Positions 45,201-58,572 of a stretch of 64,000 bases of DNA are shown here, in pieces. The stretch is from contig NC_091282.1 of the NCBI RefSeq assembly GCF_032444005.1, forward strand, positions 71,734,001 to 71,798,000. Reading direction: 5' to 3'. A program made the translations under genes and the position numbers. Source of the DNA: Ranitomeya imitator. Its lineage: Eukaryota. The notes beneath the pieces were generated by a model. The model had not been told where the DNA came from, searched no databases, and saw only the letters and a list, made by a program, of their open reading frames with translations. Within the stretch, counting starts at the first letter, position 1. Each line of letters opens with the position of its first letter.

Positions 45201-48200
45201 TACTAATAGATCAGAGACTGCACATGAGTCAACAGGTGATGCAGCAGCAAAAAAGGCAAACACAGTTCAAGGATGTTTTAAGAGAACCCGTAAAATCCGC
45301 TTGAATAGCTATGAAGGTGTAACAACCCTGCTGGCATCACTGCATGGCCTCCCATCCCCCACCTGCATTACACTCAAACTCACTTCTCTGGGCCATCTTG
45401 TGACTTCTCTCTGCTGCCAGCTCCATGCTGTGTGCCTCATGTCTGCTGCTTGCTCTGTGCATGCTCTGTCTGTGTGCATAGGGGGCAGCGCCGGCAACTC
45501 CTGTGTCTTATTGAGACTGTGAGCACCTTGCTAAGGTGTCCTCGGCCAATCACCATGAGGCTTCCTGCATTTAAGACATCCCCACCCATTGGTGGGGGCC
45601 AGTGCAACTTACTCCCTCAGTCAGTTCTTAGCTGCTGAGGTGCCAGGCCCTGTCTCTGTTACTCTTGTGTCCGCCACCCAGGAGGCGTTGTACCCTGGTC
45701 TCTGTCCTGTGTTTGCCACCCAGTGGGGCTTAGTACCCTGATTTGTGTCCTTGTGTAGCCACCCAGTGGGGCTTCGTACCCTGGCTTGTGTCCGTATTTC
45801 TGTGCCTTGGCCCGTTCCTGACTCTGTCTTAGTCTAGTCCCGTTCCTGTATTCGTTTATATACGTCTTGGTTTGCTTTCGGCTCTGCTCTCTGCGACCTT
45901 GCTTTGCCCCTTGCTCTGCACTCTGTGGCTTTGCTCTGCTTTCAGCTCTGCTCTCTGTGACCTTGCTTTGCTCCTTGCTCTGCATTCTGTGACCTTGCTC
46001 TGCACTCTGTGGTTTTGCACTCAGCTCTGCACTCTGACTTTGCTCTGCTCTCAGCTCTGCACTCTGTGGCTTTGCTCTGTGGCTTCGCTCCTTGCAGGTT
46101 CTACGTCTCTTGCTCTTGGATCCGCCTCCTGCGTTTCTGCACTTGGCTCCACCTCCTGCTCTTGGCTCTGTCTCCTGCTTTTCCACACATGGCTCCGCCT
46201 CCTGCTTTTGGCTCTGCCTCCTGCGTTTCCGCACTTGGCTCCACCTCCTGCATTTCCGCACTTGGCTCCACCTCCTGTGTTTCCGCGCTTGGCTCCACCT
46301 CCTGCTCTTGGCTCCTCCTTCTCCATTTCCATGCTTGGCTCCACCTCCTGCTCTTTGCTCCGCCTCCTGCGCTTCTGTTCTTTGCTGTAGCTCCTGTGCT
46401 TCCGCTTTGCATCCGCTCTTGTGGTCTTTCTCTACCTATTCATAAGTCCTCCTGTCTGAACAGGTTCTTACCTGTTTTACATACCTGCCTGCGACTGGTC
46501 ATTACTGATTCATCCAGTGTACCAGCCTTGTCCGCCAGTCCTGCTAGAGCCAGCCGTACGTGCCTGCCAACCAGAGAGCCAGCCATGCCCGCCTGCCTGC
46601 CATTGTCTCTGTTGTACCCGTCTGCCTGCCTGTGTCCCAGCCGTGCCCATCTGTCTGCCACAGTGCCAGCCGTGCCCGCCTGCCTATGTTCCGTTCTCCC
46701 AGTGGGATCAGCAGCCACAGCCAGACACCACCCTGGAGTGGTACCTGGTAGCTTCCTGCCGCACAAGCCTGACCTCACCATCAGAGACTCCAGCAAACAC
46801 CAAGGAAGCTACTTAGTTACACCCCTTCCAGGGTAGTCTGGTCTGTAGCCCAGTGGGGCCACACCCCCGCACGCCTGCGCCAACCAGTCTAGGGCACAAG
46901 CGTAACAGTTTGCACAGGCCATGGTTCCCGCTGAGTCCCATGTCCTTTCGCTCTCGGAGCAAGATGCACCGATCATGGTCTCTGATGCTATCTATAATTT
47001 ACTTCTGGCCTTCAAAAAGCAAGCTCTTGCGGATCCACCAAGGTACTATGGGGATCCAAAACTGTGCCTTGTGTTCCTGGAGCAGTGTATGCTGAACTTT
47101 GAATGGTATGCTTCCGATTACCCCTCTGATCTGTTCAAGGTGCGGTACATAATGTCCTACCTAGCAGGAGATGCTTTGGAATAGATCAACCCTATCTTTG
47201 AAGCAGGGGATCCCATCATCACAGACTTGGAGGCCTTCCTGGCGGCCTTCCGTAAAGTCTTTGATGTGCCTACTTCTACGTCTCCTGGAAAGTCTTCCCC
47301 TCCAAGCTCACAGAGATGGTCCAGACAAAAGAAACCTGTGGGTAAACCGTCACTTCCGTCCTTGAAGGTCCAAGACTCACCTGTTCCACAACCTGCCAAA
47401 GCAGCTACCCGAGCAAGATCCAAGAGGTCTAATAAGAGGGGTCTGGCAAATCTGCAGCCTGAATCTTGTGCTGAGATTGAAATAAGGTATAGCTGTGGTT
47501 GTAAAGAACATTCTGATGGTCTCTGCCCTGTGAAGCCTGTACTCCAAAACCCTGGGCCAGTAAGAGAGGCTGCCCCTGGCGAGAGTACTTCCTCTCCATC
47601 TAAGTTAATGACTGTTTCTCTGCCTTCTGGGAGCTTTGGTGTGTTTAAGCCGCCTATCATTCGGAGTCAGTGTATGGTCTCCGTTCTACAGCTCGAGAAC
47701 CCGGTGTGGGCGTTGTCTGACAATGGCCGAGCCCTTCTAAAGAGCAGTCTAGTCCTGCAAGGACAACTACAGCTCCAAGTTAGAGCCTTATACATGAAGA
47801 AGTTTGTTTTCCGTATGCTTTCTGTTATGCCCATGGGTCATTCTGAGCCAAGGACTCTACCACCTGCTCTGGTCAAGAGTTCCAGTAAAGTGTTTCGTTT
47901 GAATCTACCCAGTCTTGAGAAGTGTTTGGTTCCCATGCGTCAAAGACAGTTAGCAGTGTCATCTTCTTCAGCTGGTCTGCTAGTCGTCGAGTCAAGGTGT
48001 GCTGACATCACCGAAGATGGGGAAACGGTGACGATGTCTCCACACATCTCCAGCGACTATATTAGTAAACAGTCGTCGAGTCAAGGTGTGCTGACGTCAC
48101 CGAAGATGGGAAAACGGTGACCAAGGATCTACACATCTCCAGCGGCTATACCTGTAATCAGTTCCTAGGAACATCCCCGCCGTTTTTAAACAATTTCTTC

Positions 48201-51200
48201 TGGATAACAGGCAGAAGATGGTTCCTATGTGGATACCTTCAGCGTCCTTGTGGCCGGCTGGTGAAGATTTTAAAACAGAAGTTTGTTCACCTCAATTTTT
48301 CTCTGACCTAGTGGAGGTGTTGTTCTCCACACTCATCACCAATGATTTTTCTTGTGTTCCGTACCTAACAACATCTCTGCTACCTGTCGGGCAAAAGTTG
48401 AACCCTATGAGAAGGTTTCCAGTTTCCAAATGTCCGGCTGGTGAAGATGTTAAGACAGCAGCATTCAAGTCCCTGTTACCTGTGTACCTGGAGGAGGTGG
48501 ATCCTGTTGAGCACCAAGAGACTTTGTTTTCTGAGATTCCTGGTGATCCGTCTGCCTTATTCTACCCTGAAGATGTCATGTTGGCCTGGACTGTGTGTGG
48601 ACCTATTCTTCTTCTGCAAATCATCCTGGCGAGCTTGAAGAAGAGGGGCCGTAAAGGAAGGGGGGGTACTGTAACAACCCTGCTGGCATCACTGCATGGC
48701 CTCCCATTCCCCACCTGCATTACACTCAAACTCACTTCTCTGGGCCATCTTGTGACTTCTCTCTGCTGCCAGCTCCATGCTGTGTGCCTCATGTCTGCTG
48801 CTTGCTCTGTGCATGCTCTGTCTGTGTGCATAGGGGGGCGACGCTGGCAACTCCTGTGTCTTATTGAGATTGAGACTCTGCGCACCTTGCTAAGGTGTCC
48901 TCGGCCAATCGCCATGAGGCTTCCTGTATTTAAGACATCCCCACCCTTTTGTGGGGGCCTGTGCAACTTACTCCCTCAGTCAGTTCTTAGCTGCTGAGGT
49001 GCCAGGCCCTGTCTCTGTTACTCTTGTGTCCGCCACCCAGGGGGGCATTGTACCCTGGTCTCTGTCCTGTGTTTGCCACCCAGTGGGGCTTAGCACCCTG
49101 GTTTGTGTCCTTGTGTAGCCACCCAGTGAGGCTTCGTACCCTGTCCTATTTCTGCCACCCAGTGGGGCGTCGTACCCTGGCTTGTGTCCGTATTTCTGTG
49201 ACTTGGCCCGTTCCTGACTCTGCCTTAGTCTAGTACCGTTCCTGTGTTCGTTTATATTCCTGTCTTGGCTTGCTTTCGGCTCTGCTCTCTGCGACCTTGC
49301 TTTGCTCCTTGCTCTGCACTCTGTGGCTTTGCTCTGCTTTCAGCTCTGCACTCTGTGTCTTGCTTTGCTCTGCTTTCGGCTCTGCTCTCTGCGACCTTGC
49401 TTTGCTCCTTGCTCTGCATTCTGTGACCTTGCTCTGCACTCTGTGGTTTTGCACTCAGCTCTGCACTCTTACTTAGCTCTGCTCTCACCTCTGCACTCTG
49501 TGGCTTTGCTCTCGGCCCTGCTCTCTGTAGCTTTGCTTTGCACTCTGACTTTGCTCTGCTCTCAGCTCTGCACTCTGTGGCTTTGCTCTGTGGCTCCGCT
49601 CCTTGCGGTTCTACGTCTCTTGCTCTTGGCTCCGCCTCCTGCGTTTCTGTTCTTTGCTCTAGCTCTTGTGCTTCCGCTTTGCATCCGCTCTTGCTGTCTT
49701 TCTCTACCTATTCATAAGTCCTCCTGTCTGAACAGGTTCTTACCTGTGTTACATACCTGCCTGCAGACCAGTCCCTACCGGTTCTTCCAGTGTACCAGCC
49801 TTGTCCGCCAGTCCTGCTAGAGCCAACCATACCTGCCTGCCAACCAGAGAGCCAGCCATGCCCGCCTGCCTGCCAGTGTCTCTGTTGTACCCGTCTGCCT
49901 GCCTGTGTCCCAGCTGTGCCTGTCTGTCTGCCACAGTGCCAGCCTGCCTGTCTATGTTCCGTTCTCCCAGTGGGATCAGCAGCCACAGCCAGGCGCCACC
50001 CTGGAGTGGTACCTGGCAGCTACCTGCCGCACAAGTCTGACCTCACCATCACAGGCTCCAGCGAACACCAAGGAAGCTACTTAGTTACGCCCCTTCCAGG
50101 GTAGTCTGGTCTGTAGCCCACTGGGGCCACACCCCCGCGCCAACCAGTCTACTGTCTAGGGCGCGAGCGTGACAGAAGGGCAAATTGACATACAGTTTTC
50201 TAAAGAGTTTTTTTTTTTAACCAAATAACGTAAAAAAAAAAAACCTTCCCAAAACTGTTTCTAAAGTGTTTTAAAATCTCTTCCTATTTATTTCTATGGA
50301 AAGTCCACTATGCTGTGAATATGAAGAGAGATTTTTTTTAGCTTTTGTTTTTCCTGAATTGCTGGAAATGTGTCCAAACTAAGCACTAGCCAATCAAAAA
50401 GCTGCAAAAAACCTCTTCAATAAGTCTTAAGGAAATGAAAAGTTCATCCTAAACACCCCCCAAAAAAAAGTTTGAAAAATTTGTTGTTTTTAAGCACCTC
50501 ATGGAACTTCCTATGTGCATAGCCTAAAACTACAGAGGGCCCATCAGTCTGTTAGCCAAGAGATTCTAAACATGTGTCGGATTTATCAAATAGCGTGATA
50601 TTACACAGTATTGACACACTTGCAAACATTGGGATTGGGACATTTTCCACAGCCAAAAATGGCGCAATCTGATTCTTATCTTTTCTAATATACACCATGT
50701 TGCAAATTACATTTTTCTCGGATTTTCCTAAATGATCGATGCAAATGACAGTCAGTCTAATAAAAGTTATCACTGTTAGATTATACATCAAATTTTATTG
50801 AAGAAAACTCCCAATGATAACAGTATAATCTCCAAAATGAATAAAACCTCAAAATGCACTGTTCCAAATGATTAGGCACAGTAGAATTTCTAAACATTTG
50901 ATATGTTTTAAAGAACTGAAAATGCTCATTTGTGGAATTTGCAGCATTAGGAGGTCACATTCACTGAACAAAAAAGCTATTTAACTCCAAAACATTCTAA
51001 GGCCTCTTTCACATTTCCGTCTTTCTTTTTCCGTCACAATCCGTGGTTTTGTGAAAAAAAGGGATCCAGTAAATGTTTCTGCTGGATCCGTTTTTTTCTC
51101 ATAGACTTGTATTAGCAACGGATTGTGACGGATGGGCAGAGATAACGCATAGAGGAACGTTTTTTCTGTACGTCGGAAAATCGCTCAGCGGCGGATCCTG

Positions 51201-54200
51201 CGCTGTCCGTTGTTGGCTATAATGGAAGCCTATGGACGCAGGATCCGTCGCTGACTGTGAAAAGCAGGAATCCAGTGAGAGATGCCGTCTTTTGATACTG
51301 AGCATGCATGCCTATGCAGCATCAATAGTAAAAAGATATAATGTAAAAAATAATAAAAAAAATAAAAAATTGTGATATTCTTACCTTCCAGCATCCCCTG
51401 CAGCCTTCCCGATGCTCGCAATGCTGCCGGCAGCTTCCGTTCCCAGTAATGCATTGCGAGACCGCTACGTCATCATAGGTCATTGCTCGCAAAGCATTAC
51501 TGGGAACGGGAGCTGCTGGCAGCATTGCGAGCATCGGTAAGGCTGCAGGTGATGCCTGGGTTGTGTTGTGTATGCGTTTTTGCAGCGGAAAAATGCGGCG
51601 TAGACGCATACACAATCTGTGCACATAGCCTCAATGGATCCATCAAAAAAATGGACCCAGTGCACCTGTTTTTTTACAAACAGCACAGGATCCGTCTTTT
51701 CAACATTTTGCCGGATTGTGACGGAACGGAAGTGTGAAAGAGGCCTTACAGGCCAAGTGACATGTTAACATAGGAACCCTTCTTTGATATCACCTTCACA
51801 ATTCTTGCATCCATTGAACTTGTGAGTTTTTGGAGAGTTTCTCCTTGTACGTCTTTGCATGAAGTCAGAATAGCCTCCCAGAGCCGCTGTTTTGATGTGA
51901 ACTGCCTCCCACCCTCATAGATCTTGTGCTTGATGATACTCCAAAGGTTCTCTATAAGGTTGAGGTCAAGGGAAGATGGTGGCCACACCATGAGTTTATC
52001 TCCTTTTATGCCCATAGCAGCCAATGACTCAGAGGTATTATTTGCCGCATGAGATGGTGCATTGTCATGCATGAAGATGATTTTACTCCTGAAGGCACGT
52101 TTCTGCTTTTTATACCATGGAAGACGGTTGTCAGTGAGAAACTCTATATACTCTCCAGAGGTCATTTTCACACCTTCAGGAACCTTAAAGGCCTTACGAG
52201 CTGTTTCCTTATGATTCCGACCCAAAACATGACTCCTCCACCACCTTGCTGACGTCGCAGCTTTGTTGGGACATGGTGGCCATCCACTACTCCATCCATC
52301 TGGACCATCCAGGGTTGCTTGACACTCATCACTAAACAAGACTGTTTGAAAATTAGTCTTCATGTATGTCTGGGCCCACTGCAACCGGTTCTGCTTATGA
52401 ATACTGTTTAGAGGTGGCCGAATAGTAGGTTTATGCACCACAGCAAGCCTTTGAAGGATCCTACGCCTTGAGGTTCGAGGGACTCCAGAGGCACCAGCAG
52501 CTTCTAATAACTGTTTGCTGCTTTGTAATGGTATTTTGGTAGCTGCTCTCTTAATCCAATGAATTTGTTTGGCAGAAACCTTCCTCATTATGCCTTTATC
52601 TGCATGAACTCTGTCTGCTCTGTTTCAGTCAATCTCTTCACAGTATGATGATCACTCTTAAGTTTTCGTGAAATATCTAATGTTTTCATACCTAGTCCAA
52701 GGCATTGCACTATTTAACGCTTTTCAGCAGCAGAGAGATCCTTTTTAGTTCCCATATTGCTTGAAACCTTTGGCCTGCTTAATAATGTGGAACATCATTT
52801 TTAAGTAGTTTTCCTTTAATTAGAATCACCTGGAAAACTAATTATCACATGTGTTTAAGATTGATTTCAGTGATCCATTGAGCCCTGAGACACAATACCA
52901 TCCACGAGTTTATTTGAAAAACAAAACAATTAAATCTTTATGACACTTAAATCCAATTTGCATAATAATTTGTGACGTAGTATATTGCCCAGTTACATAG
53001 TATATTGCCCAGTTACGTAGTATATTGCCCAGTTACGTAGTATATTGGCCAGCCACGTAGTATATTGGCCAGCCACGTAGTATATTGCCCAGCCATGTAG
53101 TATATTGCCCGGTCACGTAGTATATTGCCCAGTGACGTAGTATATTGCCCAGCCACGTAGTATATTGCCCAGTGACGTAGTATACAGCACAGAGCCACGT
53201 AGTATATTGCACAGCGACGTAGTATACAGCACAGAGCCACGTAGTATATTGGCCAGTCACGTAGTATATTGCCCAGTTACGTAGTATATTGCCCAGTGAC
53301 GTAGTATACAGCACAGAGCCACGTGGTATATTGGCCAGTCACGTAATATATTGCCCAGCTACGTAGTATATTGCCCAGCCACGTTTGTCACAGGTTAAAA
53401 AATAAAAAATAAACATATCCTCACCTTTCCCAGGGCTTCTTGTAGTCCACGGCAGCTTCCGGTCCCAGGGTTGGTATGAGCGCAGGTCTTTCTAGCGCAG
53501 GCGCGCAGGGCCTGTGATGACGTCGTGGTCACATGACCGTGACGTCATTGCAGGTCCTTCTGCCATACCATCTTTGCCACCGGAACCAGCAACGGAAGAT
53601 GGCGTCCGGCGTGAGCGACTACGGAGGGTGAGTATAGCAGGTTTTTTTTATTATTATTTTTAACATTACATTTTTTACTATTGATGCCACATAGGCAGCG
53701 TCAATAGTAAAAAGTTGGGGACACACAGGTTTAATAGCGGCGGTAACGGATTGCGTTACATACGGCATAACGCGGTCCGTTACCGCCGGCATTAACCCTG
53801 TGTTAGCGGTGACCGGAGGGGAGTGTGCGGGCGACAGGCACTGACTGCGGGGCGTAAGGAGCGGCCATTTTCTTCCGGACTGTGCCCGTCACTGATTGGT
53901 CGCGGCAGCCATGACAGGCAGCTGGCGAGACCAATCAGCGAATGAATAACCGTGACAGAAGGACAGACAGACAGACAGATGGAAGTGACCCTTAGATAAT
54001 TATATAGTAGATACATATTTGGCAATGCTACTTCCATAAAAGTCCGATCTATCAAAATATTAAATTAATTAACCCAATCGGAAAAACGCAGTAATGAGGA
54101 AAAAATTTTTAAAAAAACAAATTGCATTTTTTTTGCTGCCACAACACCTAGAAAGAATGCAATATAGGCATTGTACATACCCCAACATTAGATCAATTAA

Positions 54201-57200
54201 AACATCGCACACAAAAACAAGCTCTCACACAGCCACATTGACTGAAAATTGAAAACGTTCCGGGTCTCAGAAATCGCAAAACATTTTGCCTTTTTTATGA
54301 ATTTCCTTTTTTTTTCACCATTTAAATAAAATGAACTTTTCATCTTTGGTATCACCTGCCAGGTCATTTTTACCATAAAATAATTATTATAAACAAAATT
54401 GTTCCGATTTTCATCCAGAAAATTAGGACAATTTTTTTTCTCACACTTGTCATCCGTCTGCTGTCCGTGTACAATTCATTTTTTACAGCAGTAGCTATTA
54501 ATCACACAACCATTTACCGTTTCCTAGGGTACAGATTTGTAATGTCTCCTTAAAAATCAGATGCTATACTGCGGCTCCAAATGGCATCTGATTTTTTTTT
54601 CTTGCATCCTTCCGATTTCAGAGTGAAATCTGCGTATGCTGCAATTTTTTTCAGATTCTGTCAATAAAAAAAAAAAAAAAGGTAATCGGCACTGCCCCAT
54701 TGAATAACATGGTTCAGTGTGCTGTCCAATATAAAATCAGATAGCACTTGTCCGATTTATGATGTTTTCTGCACCTAGTAAGTAAATTAGGTTACTTGCA
54801 TTTTTTATGTTTTTTTATTAACATTATTAATAAAGATTACATGCATTTTTGATAAAACGCACTAAAAGCGCATGCGCGGTTCTTACTTGCGGATTTTCTG
54901 CATCTAATGCAATTCTATGGGAAAATCCTCACATACAACTCAGCGTTCCTGTAATTGTGTGATAGAGACTGTTGTGTACCTGCCCTTGAAGACAGAAATT
55001 GTAAAGTGTGTACTGTGACATGTGGTTTTATTATGGTTTATGGTGTAATGTGAAATGCATTGAATGTTATAAGTGGGCAGCACGGTGGCGCAGTGGTTAG
55101 CACAGCAGCCTTGCAGCGCTGGGGTTCTGGGTTCTAATCCCACCCAGGACAACATCTGCAAAGAGTTTGTATGTTCTTTCCGTGTTTGCGTGGGTTTCCT
55201 CCGGGTTTTCCGGTTTCCTCCCACACTCCAAAAACATACTGATAGGGATTCTAGATTGTGAGCCCCAATGGGGACAGTGATGATAATGTGTGCAAAACTG
55301 TAAAGCGCTGCGGAATATGTTAGCGCTATATAAAAATAAAGATTATTATTACTGATGCTGCTGTGTTGGTACTGTATTGGTATTGGTAATGCCTAAAGTA
55401 GCTCTATACAGTCAGCTCAGATTTAGGGAAAGAATAGTATTATTAGTATATTGTTCAAATAGGAAAGTAATGCAAGCTGTGTGCTGGAATGGAGGTGAAA
55501 GATTAGATCATCCCAGCAACAGACTGCAGGAAAAGATACAGTTGAATAATGGGAGAGGAAAAGGTCAAAATAAAAAAGGGGAATTGTTTCCTGGTTTAGT
55601 CAGACTGAGTTACTGAGCGGTTCGTGTGAAGTTCAGGTTTAGGCTGCAGTGGGCTGGAGGGACGTGGAGTATATAGCATTCTGGCAACATGAGGTTGTAC
55701 CAAATTTCCTGTGGACCTTCCTGTAACTTCCGGGGCCTACGGCCTGAACTAGGTACTGAGGAGTGTGACTCAATCCCTTTCAATACAGAGGAACCACATG
55801 AGGGAAATGTAGCGGATCTTGGGAGTTCGGTTGGCTTGGATAGGAAATCCCTGGTGCTGACAGAAGGATCAAGTGTAGGACCAGTCTGAGCTGAACGTGA
55901 TTAGAGGCTTGAAATGTACTGTGTTGATGAAACTGGAAATGGAGGGTGCTGTGCCCAAAACTGTGTGTTAAAGACTGATGTATCTGAACTGTCCAGTAAA
56001 GTTGAACTTGATATAATGAACCAGGTGTCCCCTGATGTGTGGCGGCTGGTCGTGGACCAAAGGATGTGAATGCAACAGAGATCTCTGGCCTGAAAGTGAG
56101 TACACCTCAGTCTCTTTATTTGTGGGGTGTCAGGGTGTGGAGAAGCACCAGCTCTCCCAGGCACCTTAAATTGTGTGAACACAACCCAACACCACATCAC
56201 CGTCATTTGAGGTTTCTGATATGTGGTCATTTTGTTGGAGAAATTTCTGCAACTAAGGCCTCATTCAGACATCAGTGATTTTTATGGCACATGAAAACTG
56301 GCCATTTTTTTTATCCGTGTGTTGAATGAGATTTTCATCAGTGATGGGTCCGTGTGTCAGTTTTTACCATCAGGTTTTCATCAGTGATTTTCTCGTAGAG
56401 TTTGCTCACATCTGCATATAAATATGCAAAAAAATTGAATTGCACTCGCACCAATGTTATTCAGTGAGGCAGAGTTCACGTGCGAGTTTTTCCTCAGCTG
56501 TTAATCGGGCTTAGGATAAAAATTGCAGTATGCTGTGAATGGTCTCGTAAAATGGCCCGAGACTCGCCAATGCAGGTCAATGGGTGCAAGAAAAAAATCT
56601 AAAAAAAATATATAAAACTACAGATAGATGACAGAAAGATATTACACAGATAAAAATGAAGCAGCACAGCATGCAAAACATTTAAAAAAAAAAACAACTC
56701 ACGGTGCAAGGCTCCTGGACAATCCCATAATCCGTCAGATATATAAAGATAAGAAGAGGCAGCAGTCCAGTATTAGGCAGAAAGTGTGGACTTTATTAAC
56801 CAGTGGCGTAACTAAAGTCTGATGGGCCCTGGTGCAAGATTTAGACTGGGCCCCCTCCATCTTGCGTATATATATATCTACTATATAATCGTCTAAGGGT
56901 CACTTCCGTCTTTCTGTCTGTCCTTCTGTCTGTCCTTCTGTCTTTCTGTCACGGATATTCATTGGTTGCGGCCTCTGTCTGTCATGGAATCCAAATCGCT
57001 GATTGGTTGTGGCAAAACGCCCACGACCATTGCCACGACCAGTCAGCGACGGGCGCAGTCCGGCGGCAACATGGCCGCTCCTTCCTCCCCCCAGTCAGTG
57101 CCCGCTCCGTACTCCCCTCCAGTCAGCGCTCACACAGGGTTAATGGCAGCGCTAATGGACCGCGTTATGCCGCGGTGTAACGCACTCCATTAATGCTGCT

Positions 57201-58525
57201 ATTAACCCTGTGTGACCTATTGATGCGGCCTATGCAGCCTCAATAGTAAAAAGATCTAAAGTTAATAATAATAAAAAAAAATAAAAAATCATATACTCAC
57301 CTTCCGCCGCATTTCCCGATCCTCGCGACGCTCTGGTGACCGGTCCATGCATTGCAATCTCACAAGATGATGATGTAGTGGTCTCGCGAGACCGCTACGT
57401 CATCATCTCGCGAGACCGCAATGCACTCTTGAGACCGGAGAGCGCGAGGAGTGTCAGTAAACACTTCCTGGATCCAGGGGCCAACGGAAGGTGAGTATAT
57501 AACTATTTTTTACTTTAATTCTTTTTTTTTAACAGGGATATGATGCCCACATTGCTATATACTACGTTGGCTGTGTTATATACTACGTGGGCTGTGCAAT
57601 ATACTACGCGGGCTGTGCAACATACTGCGCGGGCTGTGCAACATACTACGCGGGCTGTGCAATATACTACATGGGCTGTGCAACATACTACGCGGGCTGT
57701 GCAATATACTACGTGGGCTGTGCAACGTGGCTGGGCAATATACTACGCGTGCTGGGCAATATACTACGCGGGCTGGGCAATATACTACGTGACTGGGCAA
57801 TATACTACGTGACTGGGCAATATACTACGTGACTGAGCAATATACTACGTGACTGGGCAATATACTACGCGGGCTGGGCAATATACTACGCGGACTGGGC
57901 AATATACTACGTGACTGGGCAATATACTACGTGACTGGGTAATATACTATGTGGCTGGGCAATATACTACGTGACTGGGCAATATACTATGTGGCCGGGT
58001 AATATACTACGTGACTGGGCAATATACTACGTGACTGGGTAATATACTATGTGGCTGGGCAATATACTATGTGGCTGGGCAATATACTATGTGACTGGGC
58101 AATATACTACGTGGCTGTGCAATATACTACGTGGCTGTGCAATATACTACGTCGCTGGGCAATATACTATGTGGCTGGGCAATATACTATGTGACTGGGC
58201 AATATACTACGTGGCTGTGCAATATACTACGTGGTTGGGCAATATACTACGTGACTGGGCAATATACTACGTGGTTGGGCAATATACTACGTGGTTGGGC
58301 AATATAGTATGTGACTGGGCAATATACTACGTGGTTGGGCAATATACTACGTGGCTGGGCAATATAGTATGTGACTGGGCAATATACTACGTGGTTGGGC
58401 AATATACTACGTGGCTGGGCAATATACTACGCGGCTGGGCAATATACTACGTGGGCTGTGCAATATACTACGTGGACATGCATATTCTAGAATACCCGAT
58501 GCGTTAGATTCGGGCCACCATCTAG

Positions 58526-58572
<47 letters not shown>

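Larger units (their letters stand above)
50693..52972 (-). mobile_element. Tc1-like DD37E (TRT) transposon, decayed; interrupted by a MITE, right TIR clipped by a Helitron
   Basis: Transposase remnant and partial TIR AATCCAATTTGCATAATAATTTG. Confidence 0.8.

Noticed and set aside
45659-49820. Long Leu/Ala/Cys-rich or AEQS-rich ORFs in the LTRs
   Set aside because: They are products of low-complexity CTCTGC and GCTCCACCTCC repeats on both strands, with no domain signal.
55377-56260. Possible retroelement ORF1 or host exon region
   Set aside because: No recognisable motif or phase-compatible splice pair.
52975-58507. YYV/AIY-rich ORFs (53013, 53033, 57540-58507)
   Set aside because: They are translations of the 20-21-bp Helitron-internal tandem repeat.
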